64,000 nucleotides of DNA, taken from positions 470,212 through 534,211 of the forward strand of contig JAAOMT010000175.1 of assembly GCA_016748015.1 (NCBI GenBank), in the 5' to 3' direction. This document shows positions 1-12,111 of the stretch, piece by piece (positions within the stretch are counted from its first letter, which is position 1; each line of letters starts with the position of its first letter). Source of the stretch: Geosiphon pyriformis uo1 (taxonomy: Eukaryota; Fungi; Glomeromycota). Both the position numbers and the translations under genes were made by a program. The notes beneath the pieces were generated by a model, which ran no database searches, was not told the DNA's origin, and saw only the letters and a list, made by a program, of their open reading frames with translations.

Positions 1-313
1 GTCTTCTCTGAGGCTATCTTTGCAATTGTCTGATGTGTTTCTCTAATTTAGAAACACAGAATGTTAATGGTCTTTAGCGCTTTTCTAATTCTTACAATAA
101 AGCTTTTATCAATTAGTAACAACGTGAATAATCTTGATCAAAGATTATTCTTCCAAGGGATTCAGTTGATGAATGATAGTTTCATTCAATAAATAATACA
201 AGTAAGTTTCTTAATACTTTGAGTTGTGATAGTTCAGTTTTAAATATTCTTTTTCATTTCTTTTTGATTTTAAAGTTTTATGATTCTTTTTGCTAAATTC
301 TTAAACCATAACA
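1..313 (+). repeat. Possible 3' end of an LTR, truncated by the window edge, abutting a LINE ORF1 tail
   Basis: Non-coding, T-rich and ends in ...CATAACA, like the other LTR termini here (TAACA). LINE ORF1-like codons resume immediately after. Confidence 0.3.
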
Positions 314-765
314 GTGTGCTTGGATGGTTTGGCTTTGGCTGGTGGTGCTCTTCCTCTATCTCATTCTCAATGAATGGTCTGGTATAGAAAATTGCTATGT
401 GTAATGTTTGTGGATTGAACAATCCTGCGAAGCAAGATGATGTCATTTATTGGCACAGAGATATGAACAATTTGGTTTCAATTGTTACTGAGACAAAGTT
501 AAAAGATAGAGTTCGGCCTTGAATTGCTAATAAATTTGATGGTGTTCAGGTCTTTGTTTCTGGTTTGGATTCTGGTTACCTTGGTTCTGGTGTGGCGATC
601 ATTATAAACAACACTCTGGCAAAACATGTATATAAAGTTGTTGAGGTTCCTGGATGACTTTTGTCTGTCAAGTTGCTCTTCAGAAATAAGCTCTCAGTGT
701 CGATTCTGGGTTTGTATGTGGGTGCTTTAGTGTTTACACACTTCTTGCAAGCGGATAAGATAAAC
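314..765 (+). mobile_element. LINE copy A, 5' piece: ORF1 C-terminus and start of ORF2 APE endonuclease (pseudogenised)
   Basis: ORF1 tail ..LPLSHSQ* ends at 373. ORF2 starts at ATG 370 (MNGLV*KIAMCNVCGLNNPAKQDDVIYWH..TETKLK) and is homologous to the APE at 23683-24750. It ends at ..QADKIN, the inversion breakpoint. Confidence 0.85.
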
Positions 766-2061
766 CATGATGGTTTGGACCAAGAGAAGGTGTTTTTTTC
801 TCTTCTTTGGCACATATTTTATGATCTTCTTTTGTGTGAAGTCAAGAGACAAAAAAGTGTATATGGATACAGATTGGACTCTCGCTTTGTAACCAGAACT
901 GGTTGCTTTAAATTTTGGACTGGTTTGATTTTTTTTTTTGCTGTAGGTGCTTTTGTCGATGATACTATTTGGGTTGGTAGCAGTTAGGCTGCTATGCAAC
1001 ATATTCTTAATGTTGCTAGTGAATTTTTTTGGATCAATAATATTTCAATTAATAATGACAAAATGGTAGCCATTTCTATTAATTGCAGAGTCTCTGAGCC
1101 TTGTTTGCTGATCAGCAGTTTGCCTATTTCAATAGCCAAAAAAGGAGAGTCTTATTAGTACTTGGGCATTTTTCTGTTTACTTAAGGTTTGTCGAATCCT
1201 AGCTTGGCCAAGACCCATCTAAATGTTTAGTTTTTTACCAATCTCGTGCTGAGGAAGACTGTCTCTAACAAACAGTTCTCGTATTTGGTGTCAGCAGTTC
1301 TTCACTTCATTATTACATACAAAACTCAGTTCAGTTTTGTTTCTATTAATGTATGTGCGAAATGAGACACTATGATTTGCAAGGGTCTGAAATCCAAATT
1401 TGGCTTGCCATGTGACTTTTCCAATGATGTTATTCACCACCTTTCTTTATATGATTTGAAGTCTTTTGAACAGATTCAAGCTGAAAACAAGTCAGCTTCT
1501 GTTGTTGGTTTTGTCAATTCTGTTGATATCTTGAGCCATTTGTTTGTGCATAGATTATATAACTTGCAGGTTTTCAGCTGGCACCCTTGCCACCTCCTGT
1601 TTTTTTCTTTACATGTTAATATCAATCCTTCAAATAACTTTTTGGCCAGCATTATCTGGATTTTTTTGGGGTGCAACTTTTCTCTGAATGGTCTTGTGAC
1701 TAATGCTTTTTGTTTTCCAAGTGAAACTCTTATGTCTGTCATTCTTGGTAAGCCCACCTTTTATAAATATGTTTTTTCACTTCAGCATTATGGAATTGCT
1801 TTGTTGAGCAGCTTTGCAGTCATACTGGTTCTGTTTTCGAATGGAAGACTTTCAAGCAGTGGAAAAGATTGGACCCTCAGAACCCAGTTTCTTATTGGTT
1901 TGATGTTTCTGTTTGCTATCTGAATAATTCTGGGCTGTCTTCTGTTTGCAATTCTCTGTTGCCATGCATTGGTTTGTCTAACATTCTTGAGTCTTATAAG
2001 TTTGAAGTTGTGTGCAATTGTCTGTTGAGAGTTGATTCTGGTCATCTTTTTTTGTTTACAA

Positions 2062-2857
2062 TGTTACTTATAGAAAGAAAACATATATAGGGAAATAGTA
2101 GACCAATAAGCGAATAGTATGTAGTATGTGAGCACATTGCTCAGCAATGTGGAGCAATGTCAGAAAACATGGCACATTGTTCAGCAATGTGAAGCGATGT
2201 TAGAAAATTAGGGCACATTGTTTAAAAAATCATAACACATTGCTCGAGAATGTGAGCAATCTCATAGAACATCAATTATGTATATATAGCAATAATATTA
2301 GAAGTAGAAAAAGCAGAATCTATCAGTTTGAAACCTTCCATATCACAAATATCAATAAATAATTATTCACTATCTCAATCTACTCTCCACTATCAACACT
2401 TTATGTTGATAGTAATTAATACTTAATCATATTGGAACAATAGTTCTTGATCATGGCTATTGATGGGATACTAACTTGCAATTGCTTTTGTTATTTCTTT
2501 ATTTTCTTTTATTTTCTTTTATTTTTTTTTGTTATTTCTTTGGTTTTACTAAATTGATTAAGGATTAAGCGCTAAGATACAGACGTTATAGGAACTGGTA
2601 AAAGACCTGTGAAACAAGGGTAGAACACTCATAGATTTGAAGATAGCTTACCAGGAGGATTACCAGCCATTACACTGAGAAAAAAATTCGACAAAATTGC
2701 AATTCTGGAAGGCTACTGAAAACAACTATTAAATCTCTGTCCATTATACAAAGAATTCCACAACCAAAACCTTCAGATATCAACACTTGAGTACCAACCA
2801 AGCACCAAGTTATGGATTTGTTATTTGACTTGAGACCCCAAATAATTATCTGTAACA
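2062..2857 (+). repeat. 5' LTR (796 bp)
   Basis: TGTTAC start and TGTAACA end; direct repeat of 11257-12111; TATA-like 2281-2288; AATAAA 2354-2359. Confidence 0.95.
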
Positions 2858-2859
2858 TT

Positions 2860-2875
2860 TGGTGCTCCTTGTGAG
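2860..2875 (+). promoter_or_regulatory. Primer-binding site, tRNA-Ile(UAU)-like
   Basis: TGGTGCTCCTTGTGAG lies 2 nt after the LTR. TGG is the complement of tRNA CCA; the rest resembles the complement of eukaryotic tRNA-Ile(UAU) 3' ends (from memory). Confidence 0.7.
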
Positions 2876-2917
2876 ATATAATCCTACAGAGAACCAGCAT
2901 CAACAAATAAATCAACA

Positions 2918-5900
2918 GTGGCAGAATCAGAAAATATAGGAGCAAACCATTTAGGATTCACGAAATTTTTATTTCAATACTACTGTCAACACTTGAGATT
3001 GAACCACAATCAGATATTAGCAGAATTAGCCTTCAATTTTTACGTCAACAAAAAAATTGCCTATTTGTTAGGAACACTAGTAAACACTGAATCAGTGAAA
3101 GAAACTTTTTACCATGAATTAATCCAAAACACCAGCTTACCAACAAATTATAATTTTGCATTCATTATCATTGAGATTAATAAAGAAATTGAACATTACA
3201 CACAACAAAGATACCCAATTACTTATGCCAATAAAAACAAAAGAAAATTACAAACATCAGCAGTAACACCTTAACAGATCCAACCACCCACTTGGAAGAA
3301 ACACAGAATTGAATTACCAACAAATTCATCATATCACTATACACTTGGAAGCACCATCAACATCACAGCAACAGATGTGTCCACATCACATGTGACATCA
3401 ACCTTTGGACAATTTCCATTTTAGAGTAAACAAAGGAAAAAAGATCTTCTAGAACCATATGGTGCATATTTCGAAGGATTTAAGTCACAATCTTTAATGC
3501 TATCAGGACTTCAATCTCCACTACTGCAACCAGATTTTGGAACCACAAGTCCCTAGGAAGTAATGGATTCGAAAGAAGAACAAAAAAAAAAGGAAGAAGA
3601 ATCTGAAGATAAAGAATTTACATACCAGAACCCAATCCCAGAAAACCCGAACATTGAAATCCCGAATTTTCAGACTTAGCAAAATCCAAATTTGGAAAAT
3701 CCAGAAATTAAGACTTCAAATTTCCAAATACAGCACAATCAGAACAATCACAATCCCAACATTAATAATCAACAACACTTACCTCCAGTAATCGTGATTA
3801 ATCCAGCTCTACCAATTGATGAACAGCAACAGCAGCTACTTCAACCACCTCAACAACCACAGCAGCCACTTCAACAGCTGCAACAACAACTGCAATAACC
3901 AAATGTCAATCCAATGGCCTATGCTCTGATAGCAAAACTTAAGAAATTCACCAGTGAAAAAGACAATGCCCAAGTGTGGCTAAACAATATGAAGAAAGCC
4001 ATTGTAGCCAACAGCTGGAATGATGCCAGAGTCATGCAGGCCATTCCTTACTTTCTCCAAGATACTGCCAATTCATGGTATTAAAGCTTGACTAACAAAT
4101 CCCAAGATTTTGCTGTATTCAAGCTTGTATTCCTACAATACTTCAGCAACAATAATAGTATTATTTGGCTAGCAAACACTTTCACCACTATCAAACAAAG
4201 AAAAAATGAAGCAATCACTACTTATCTAAGATGCTTTTATAGGAATCTGCACCAAATTCAAGCAATCCAGGCTGACTATTTTACAGCACCCCAAATCCTA
4301 AACCAATTTATTAGAGACCTATGCAGTAGCATCCTCCAATGCATATGTCCAATGCATTCAGCAGACCTTCAAGCCACAGTTACCAATGCCTGAGATTTTG
4401 AAGCAGCTGAACTCAAAGCTAACCATGCCCAAACTGTTAATCTAGTGATGAATAGATTATCTGAATTGGATTCCAAATTGAAACAATTCAGTGATTCCAT
4501 CAATCAGAAATTAAAGGAATACTTAGTTGACAATCGCACAATTTATTAGCCACCCCAACGATACAATAATTTAGGAATCACAAATTGCCCACAAAATCAT
4601 TTGCATTCCTTATCATTATCCAATCAGCCATGGCAGTAAGAAACACATATCTGCTACTACTATGGTAAACAAGGACATTTGAGAATTAATTGTTGGTTAA
4701 GAATAGAAAACCAATGATTGGAAAATCAATATCAAAACCCCGATTGCAGATTTCCAACTCTGAATTATTAAGCAAGCTCAGCAACATATCAACTGACTTA
4801 CCTGCCAATGACGCAACTGCCAATATATCAACCACCCATATATCAACCTTCAGTTTATCAACCACAGCCACCAATAATATATCAACTGCCACAGCCACAA
4901 ATAATTTATCAGACACCCACAGCTCAAACACTGCCATCAAACCCAGCTCAAATAACATTAGAGAACTCTAAATCAAGAGTTACCCAAAACTGGAGATTGG
5001 CAATGGTTGTTCACCAACTGATTCCCAGTTCACCCAACCAGCTGTCCAGATCATGACAGTGAAGTTCAGGAACCGGGTATACTCAAAACCCAAGTTTCCA
5101 GAACTATTTAAGTCTTCTGGTTACCCCAGAAGGCACCTCACTCAACAACTGGGAACCCAAACAGAAGCAACCACTTACCAATATTCTGCCAGCTACTGTC
5201 ATGGAAGACGAGTCTCTAGTAGTTATATTTCTTTTTGAAATTAAGGAACTAACAGAAACTTCGTTGTTCAGTGGAGCCACACTCGAGGAAAAACCTATCA
5301 CAGCAATGTACATAGATGCCAAAATTAATGGTCAGTTCATTAAACTGATCCTAGATAGTGGATCAGCTGACAATATCATCACAAGACAGTTCATGGACCA
5401 ATTAGGTCGCCAAGTTAATTGAGCTGCCAGTACAAAGATAATTACCACTAATAGAGCCACTAAGACACCAATTGGTAAAATAGATGCCCTACCCATTGAA
5501 GTCAATGGCATCATTGTACTGATCAAGATATTAATTATAGAAGCCACTTAGTACTAAGCACTTGTTGGCAATGACTGGCTGTTCAAAACCCATGTGATAC
5601 TCGATTGGAACACCCAAGAGCTTCAGTTTAGTCAAAACGGTCAATACACATGTGTACCAGCCACATGTGGCCACTTCAAACCCATCACCATGCCATCAGC
5701 ACCATTCATCGAGTTTGAAGAAGAAAAAAAGAAACCTACTTGAGAAGCATACCAAGTCTTTTGGGCTGATGAAGACCACAATAAGTTGCTGTCAATACTC
5801 TTCTGGGATGACAACAACAAAGGAAAGCAGGAAAAAGAACTTACCTAGAATATCAACCAAGCCTGGGAAACTGATAACAACCAAGATAAATCAGCAAACT

Positions 5901-8900
5901 GGGAGTGGAAAAAAACAGACAAGGGAAAGGGAAAAAAGAAGAAAAAAGAAACCACTTTCACCAGCAGTACTTATAGTTCATATGCTTACACCTCATTACA
6001 ACCACCCAATTATCATCGACCAAAATTAGAATGTGTCAATTGTGGCAAGAAATTGTCATCAATAGGTGCTTGCTGTGGCAACAATGAAGAATATGCCATG
6101 GCCACAAAATTTTATTGCCATTCATGTGTCATAGAACACTTTGGATGACCGAAATGACAAGAAAAGTGGAATAATCAACCCTGTCTTACATGTGAAATTA
6201 TCTTACTGGACAAAAGAATGTGGAATAACATTCCTGGACATGGAGGAATATGTGACAAGACATACCAGTACACCATTTTGATAAACAACTGGATATGCAA
6301 GGGAACACCAATTGATGATGCATGGAAAAGAGCATTGTAACAATTAGAAGGATATTTCCATGATGAACATAAACTTTGGAGAATGACGTATGTGAAAACA
6401 GAAGGTGTGACAACTAGTGAACTACTGGAAATTAAAAACAACCCTCTATTTCTTCCTGAACCCAAATATGTCCAAACTTTTAACATCTTTGGCAACATTG
6501 AGAATGACCCAAAGGAATTCCACAAACATTATCAGTGATTAGCATCTACTAGAAAAGAGCAGAAACAACACTTGGAAAAACTAAACACCCAATTATGTGA
6601 CCACTGTTTGATCTCATATAACTTCCAATATTGTAATAAGTGTGACCTCATTTACAATCCACCACCATGCATGATCTACACAATCCCAAAAGAAGACAAA
6701 CCAATGAGCAACTGCACATCAGAATTGGAATCAGTTTTTAATTCCGATTCAAACTCTGACAATGATAATGATGAAAACACCAGTTTCAGTTTTGCTCAAT
6801 ATGGCAATAAAAGTCTCAACAATTCAGACTCTGATTCAAACCCAGAAATATACATTGCACTTCCTGATCTCTCTAAAAAACAGGAACTTAAATGGTACAG
6901 CAATAATACTGAAGGTATTATGTCTAAACATGTGCATAATACTGATACAGGGTTTGATCTGAGATATTCAGGGAAGGATGTCATCAAATTGGAACCAAAT
7001 TTGCACACATGTATTGATCTCAAAATAGCTCTGGAAATTCTGGCAACAATCATGATTCAATTAGCATCTAAGAGTAGTCTAGTAAAAAAAGGAATTAATA
7101 TCAGAGGAGGAATAATTGACACAGAGTATGTAGAAAATATCATTATTATGCTACAAAATGACTTGGAAAAGGCCTATACTATAGAGCCAAATGAAAAGAT
7201 AGCACAGGCAATATTCCTATCTCTGGTGAAAATAGCTTAGTTAGTTTCAATAGGAAATAGAGAAGAATTAGGGATTACTGCTAAAGAGATACAGGGATTT
7301 GAATCAACGGATAGAATAGATATACCAGTTAATATGGCAGAGAAAGAGATTATTGACAAAGAAGAAATTATCTCAACTCATTAATCAATCTCCATTCTAT
7401 CATATGACCAGTATATGTTAGCCATAAAAAGAAAAGTAAAGAATCAAGCTCAGTTGTTTAAAGCAGAAGCTGCCATGTGTGAATTAGGAAAGGTTGGGCT
7501 CACCAATCTCTACATATCAGCCAACAGTCCCAAAAACATCAAAATTTCTATCTATAATACAACTGGAAAGGTCATCAAAATACCAAAGGAAACTACCATT
7601 GGATATTTAACCACTCAAGTTGAGGATCAACCACCAAACCATGTTCCAGATTTTCCACAGCTTTGCAGATATGTGGACATTACATCCCAAACCATCTATA
7701 AACAAAGTAAATGTTATCTGCTCCAACCAGAACAATTGGAACAGATGAATATAGAGAATCTAAACCCATTTCAACAAATGCAACTAAAGATATTACTCAG
7801 CAATTTCAATGACATTTTTGCTAGTAAAAATGAATTTGGCTGCACCAACATCATTCAGCATCAGATTAAGACTGGAGATGCAATGCCAATCAAGCAAAAA
7901 ACATACAGAATACCACCAGCTAGCCATAAGATTATTTGTCAAAAAATTAACCATATGCTTAACAACGGGCTAATTCAGCCATCCATGAGTCCCAATGGTC
8001 ATTACCAGTAATATTAGTCTGGAAAAAAAATGGAAAAATCCGTTTTTGTGTAGACTACTGGAAACTGAATAAAGTAACAAAAGGTAATAGCTATCTAACT
8101 CCAAAGATCCAAGAACTATTTGATGCTTTTGGAAGAAATAAATGATTCTCAACACTAGATTTAGATAGTGGCTACTGACAAGTAGCCATGAACCCAGCCG
8201 ACAAAGAAAAAACAGCATTCACAACAAGAGAAGGAAATTTTGAATTTGAAGTCATGCCATTTGGTTTGATGAATGCTCCAGCAATATTCTAATGGCTTAT
8301 GAAAATTGTCTATACTAGATTACTATAAAAATCAGTAGTTGTATACTTAGATAACACAAATGTATTCTCCAAGACATTTGATAACCATCTATATCATTTC
8401 CAACAAGTATTTGAAAGACTCAGATGAGCAGAATTGAAACTAAATGCCAACAAATGCTTCTTTGGCAAAACTGAACTCAAGTTTTTAGGACATGTAGTAA
8501 GCAAAAATGATATTAAAACAGATCCAAATAAAATTGCCATAGTAAAAAACTTTCCAGTACCAAATAATCTTATGGAATTGAGAGCATTTTTGGGATTTGC
8601 TAAATACTATTGCTGCTTTATTAAGGACTTTTCCAAAATAGCTCAACCACTACACCAACTCCAAACAAAAAATGTGAAGTATGAATGAACAGAAACTCAA
8701 CAAGAAGCTTTTAATATATTAAGAAGAAAGTTTATCCAAGCTCCAGTATTAATGTATCCAGACCACAACAAACCATTCATAATCACCACCGATGCATCAG
8801 ACCAAGCATTAGGAGCAGTACTTTTACAGAAAAGATCTGATAGAAGAGAACATCCAGTAGCTTACACCAGTAGAAGTTTAAGTTCAGCTGAGAAGAACTA

Positions 8901-10553
8901 TGGAACTCCAGTACTAGAACACTTAGCTATCTATTGGGCTGTCATCAAATAGAAAGAATACTTGAGTCAAAAGTTTGAAGTGTACACTAATCACAAGGGA
9001 TTGATTTCAATCCAGAAACAAAAATTTGCAGACAATTGCCATGTCAGATAGAAAATAGAACTTTCACTATTTAATTATACAGTACATTATAAAAAGGGAA
9101 AAAACAATGAAAATGCCAACAGACTGTCGTAAATGAGACAAATCTAAAAACATTCTAATCCAAAAAGAAAAAAAAATATACAAAAATACCAACAACTTCA
9201 ATATTATATAAATACCCAATTGTTCAAAAAAAAATTATATCAAAAAGAACAAAAGAACATAAAACAACAATCAAAATATTTCATCAACCATCAAAATATA
9301 CTTTACTAGAAGAACAAAAGAAATCCAGATCAACCAACTAGAGTAATCACAGAACCAGAGAAAGAAACACTATTATTCAACATACATTCAGACCCAACAG
9401 CAGGATATTTTCATAAAGAAATGACCATAAAAAGAATCAGAAAGAGATATTATTGGCCATTAATGTATTCAGACATCATTCAATATGTCCAGAATTGTGA
9501 TGCTTGTCAAAAAAAAGGTGGAACAAGACTAAGTGAATCATTAAGACCAATCAAAATGGGACAACCATTCGATCATATTGGAATTGACTTAGTCGAATCA
9601 TTAACAATTACCAGCAGAGGCAACAGATATATCGCAGTAGTCATGGACTATTTCACTAAATGGCCAAAAGCAAAAGCTATTTAAAAAGCAGATGCAGAAT
9701 CCATTGCCAAATTTGTTCATCAAGATTTAATTTGTCGACATGGATGTCTAAAAGAACTATTATTAGACCAAAGAACTCACTTTGTAAACAGAACATTAGC
9801 AGAATTAAATCAGAAATTTGGAATCAAAAGACCATTATCATTATCATACCATCCACAAACAAATGGATTAGTTGAGAGATTTAACAGAACATTATGTAAA
9901 GCAATCACCAAGATCAGTCAAGAAAATCAGGATGAATGGGATTTGTTTATACTGTCAATATTATTTGCTTATCGGACAATAAAGCAAGACACTACACAAG
10001 CAACACTATTTGAATTAGTATATGGTAGAACAGCAATATTACCAGTTGAGATAAAAGTCACCACTTATCCAACAGAACCAATAACTGAAGACAATTTTTA
10101 GAAAATGTTGCTAAAAAAAACATATAATTTAATGGAAACATTAGAAAATAAACAGCGAAGAGCAGCTGATAACATCCAGAAGTTACAAGAAAAACAAAAA
10201 AAAAGACATGATAATCAACTATCAGACAAACCAGTTGAATTCAAGATTGGAGACAAAGTACTTTTATATCATACCAAAGTGAAAAAACAATGGAGTGGAA
10301 AATTCGACCCCAAATGGAATGGACCATTTCACATAGAAGAAATTCTTGAAAATAGAGCTTATAAACTAAAATAGAACAACAAAATCTTAGCCAAAACAGC
10401 ACATGGTGATCGACTAAAACCATATCACCAGATAACATTATCATTCACCAATAACATTCTACAACTGGAAGTACAAAGAATACTAGTTCAACCAGATGAA
10501 ATTCTACAAGATCTGGAACCAATCATAGTTATTGAACCAAACACATCAAATTG
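2918..10553 (+). pseudogene. Gag-Pol polyprotein pseudogene: gag, CCHC knuckle, aspartic protease, Cys-rich region, dUTPase, RT, RNase H, integrase
   Basis: Gag AKLKKFT..AQVWLN..AIPYFLQDTA; knuckle CYYYGKQGHLRINC ~4652-4693; protease ILDSGS ~5348; RT YLDN ~8344; RH TTDAS ~8785; IN CDAC, IGIDL, LVERFN and GPF. ORF fragments at 2918, 4808, 5201, 6572 and 7415 share one frame. Confidence 0.93.
6920..7310 (+). pseudogene. dUTPase domain within the Gypsy pol
   Basis: All five dUTPase motifs are present in decayed form: DTGFDL, SKSSL (RSS), GGIIDTEY, EKIAQ, KEIQGFES (RGxxGFGS). Confidence 0.9.
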
Positions 10554-10609
10554 AACAACCAAAAGAATATATAAAGACACAGTACACACAACAAAAGCAA
10601 CCAAGAAAA

Positions 10610-11242
10610 ATGGAAATACCAGATCATATCCACACTATAGCTTAACAATTGTTCCAGGCCTTAAGTAAACAATAGTTAAACATGAAAATTATTATTAACA
10701 AACAAATAATTTGCTATTGAAACACAAAGAAAGACAAAGAACACACTATATCAGCGACCACCAAAGAATGATAAAAACTGATCAGATAACATAATAGAAA
10801 AAGTAAAGAACACTTTTGGGAAAATACCTATTATGGCACCAACAGAAAAACTTACAAAAGAGAATTGAAAGCAATAGACAGAACAACTTCTAATATCATA
10901 CTGTTACTACCAGTTAGGTCGAAAGTTAAATATTTAAGAATTGTATATCGACAAATCCAAGAGAATATTTAACCAAAACATAATACAGCAAATTGAAGAA
11001 TTTATTGGAAAAAAGACAAACTCAACACTACATGTGAGAACAATTTATTGACTGCACAACATATTTCAGAACTATCCAGAAATACTGTTACACTCTGATA
11101 TGGAAACCATAACCATTAATCAATGGGAAAGAATGAACAATGTACAAGTAGAAGACATGAAAAATAAAGTCGACAAACAATACTAGAAAAAGAAGTATTA
11201 AAGCTAATTCAAAATAAAGATTTCGATGGAGCTCAATATTAA
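10610..11242 (+). pseudogene. Additional 3' ORF (env position) of the Gypsy element, function unknown
   Basis: ATG at 10610 (MEIPDHIHTI..), decayed coding through ..QIEEFIGKKTNSTLHVRTIY..DFDGAQY*, ending at the PPT. Homologues at ~41855-42480 and 15650-16200. Confidence 0.6.
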
Positions 11243-11256
11243 AAAGAAGGAGATAA
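11241..11256 (+). promoter_or_regulatory. Polypurine tract
   Basis: AAAAAGAAGGAGATAA immediately precedes the 3' LTR. Confidence 0.85.
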
Positions 11257-12111
11257 TGTTACTCATAGAAAGAAAACAGATATAGGGAAATAGTAGACCA
11301 ATAAGTGAATAGTATGTAGTACATAAGCACATTGCTTAGCAATATAGAGCAATGTCAGAAAACACAACACATTACTCAGCAATGTGGAGCAATATCAGAA
11401 AACATGGCACATTGCTCAGCAATATAGAGCAATGTTAGAAAATTAGGGCACATTGCTTAGCAATATGAGCATTGCTTAAGAAATTATAGCACATTGCTTG
11501 GAAATGTGAACGATCTCATAGAACATCAATTATGTATATATAGCAATAGCATTAAAAGTAGAAAGGGCAGAATCCATCAGTTCAAAACCTTCCACATTAC
11601 AAATATCAATAAATAATTATTCACTATTTCAACCTACTCTCCACTATCAACACTTCATGTTGATAGTAATTAATACTTAACCACACTGGAACAATAGTTC
11701 TTGATCACAGCTATTGACGAGATACTAATTTGCAATTGCTTTTATTATTTCTTTATTTTCTTTTATTTTTTTTTATTTCTTTTTGTTATTTCTTTGGTTT
11801 TACTAAATTGATTAAGAATTAAGTGCTGAGATACAAATGTCATAGGGATTGGTAAAAAACCCGTAAAACAAGGATAGAACACTCATAAATTTAAGAATAG
11901 CTTACCAAGAGGATTACTGACCACCATGCTGAGAAAAAAATTTGACAAAATTGTGATTCTGGAAGGCTACTAAAAACAACTATTAAATCTCTGTCCATTA
12001 TACAAAAAACTCCACAACCAAAACCTTCAGATATCAACACCTGAGTACCAACCAAGCACCAAGTTATGGATTTGTTATTTGACTTGAGACCCCAAATAAT
12101 TATCTGTAACA
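11257..12111 (+). repeat. 3' LTR (855 bp)
   Basis: Direct repeat of 2062-2857, about 59 bp longer in the U3 tandem array. Confidence 0.95.

Larger units (their letters stand above)
2062..12111 (+). mobile_element. Full-length Ty3/Gypsy LTR retrotransposon (inactive, many premature stops)
   Basis: Two similar LTRs (TGTTAC...TGTAACA), PBS, PPT, 4-bp TSD ACAA/ACGG. Domain order gag-PR-dUTPase-RT-RH-IN. Confidence 0.97.

Noticed and set aside
661-987. APE-RT junction as a spliced (intron-less) LINE transcript
   Set aside because: The missing segment has no GT..AG ends, and the exact reciprocal junction at 22652/22653 favours an inversion.
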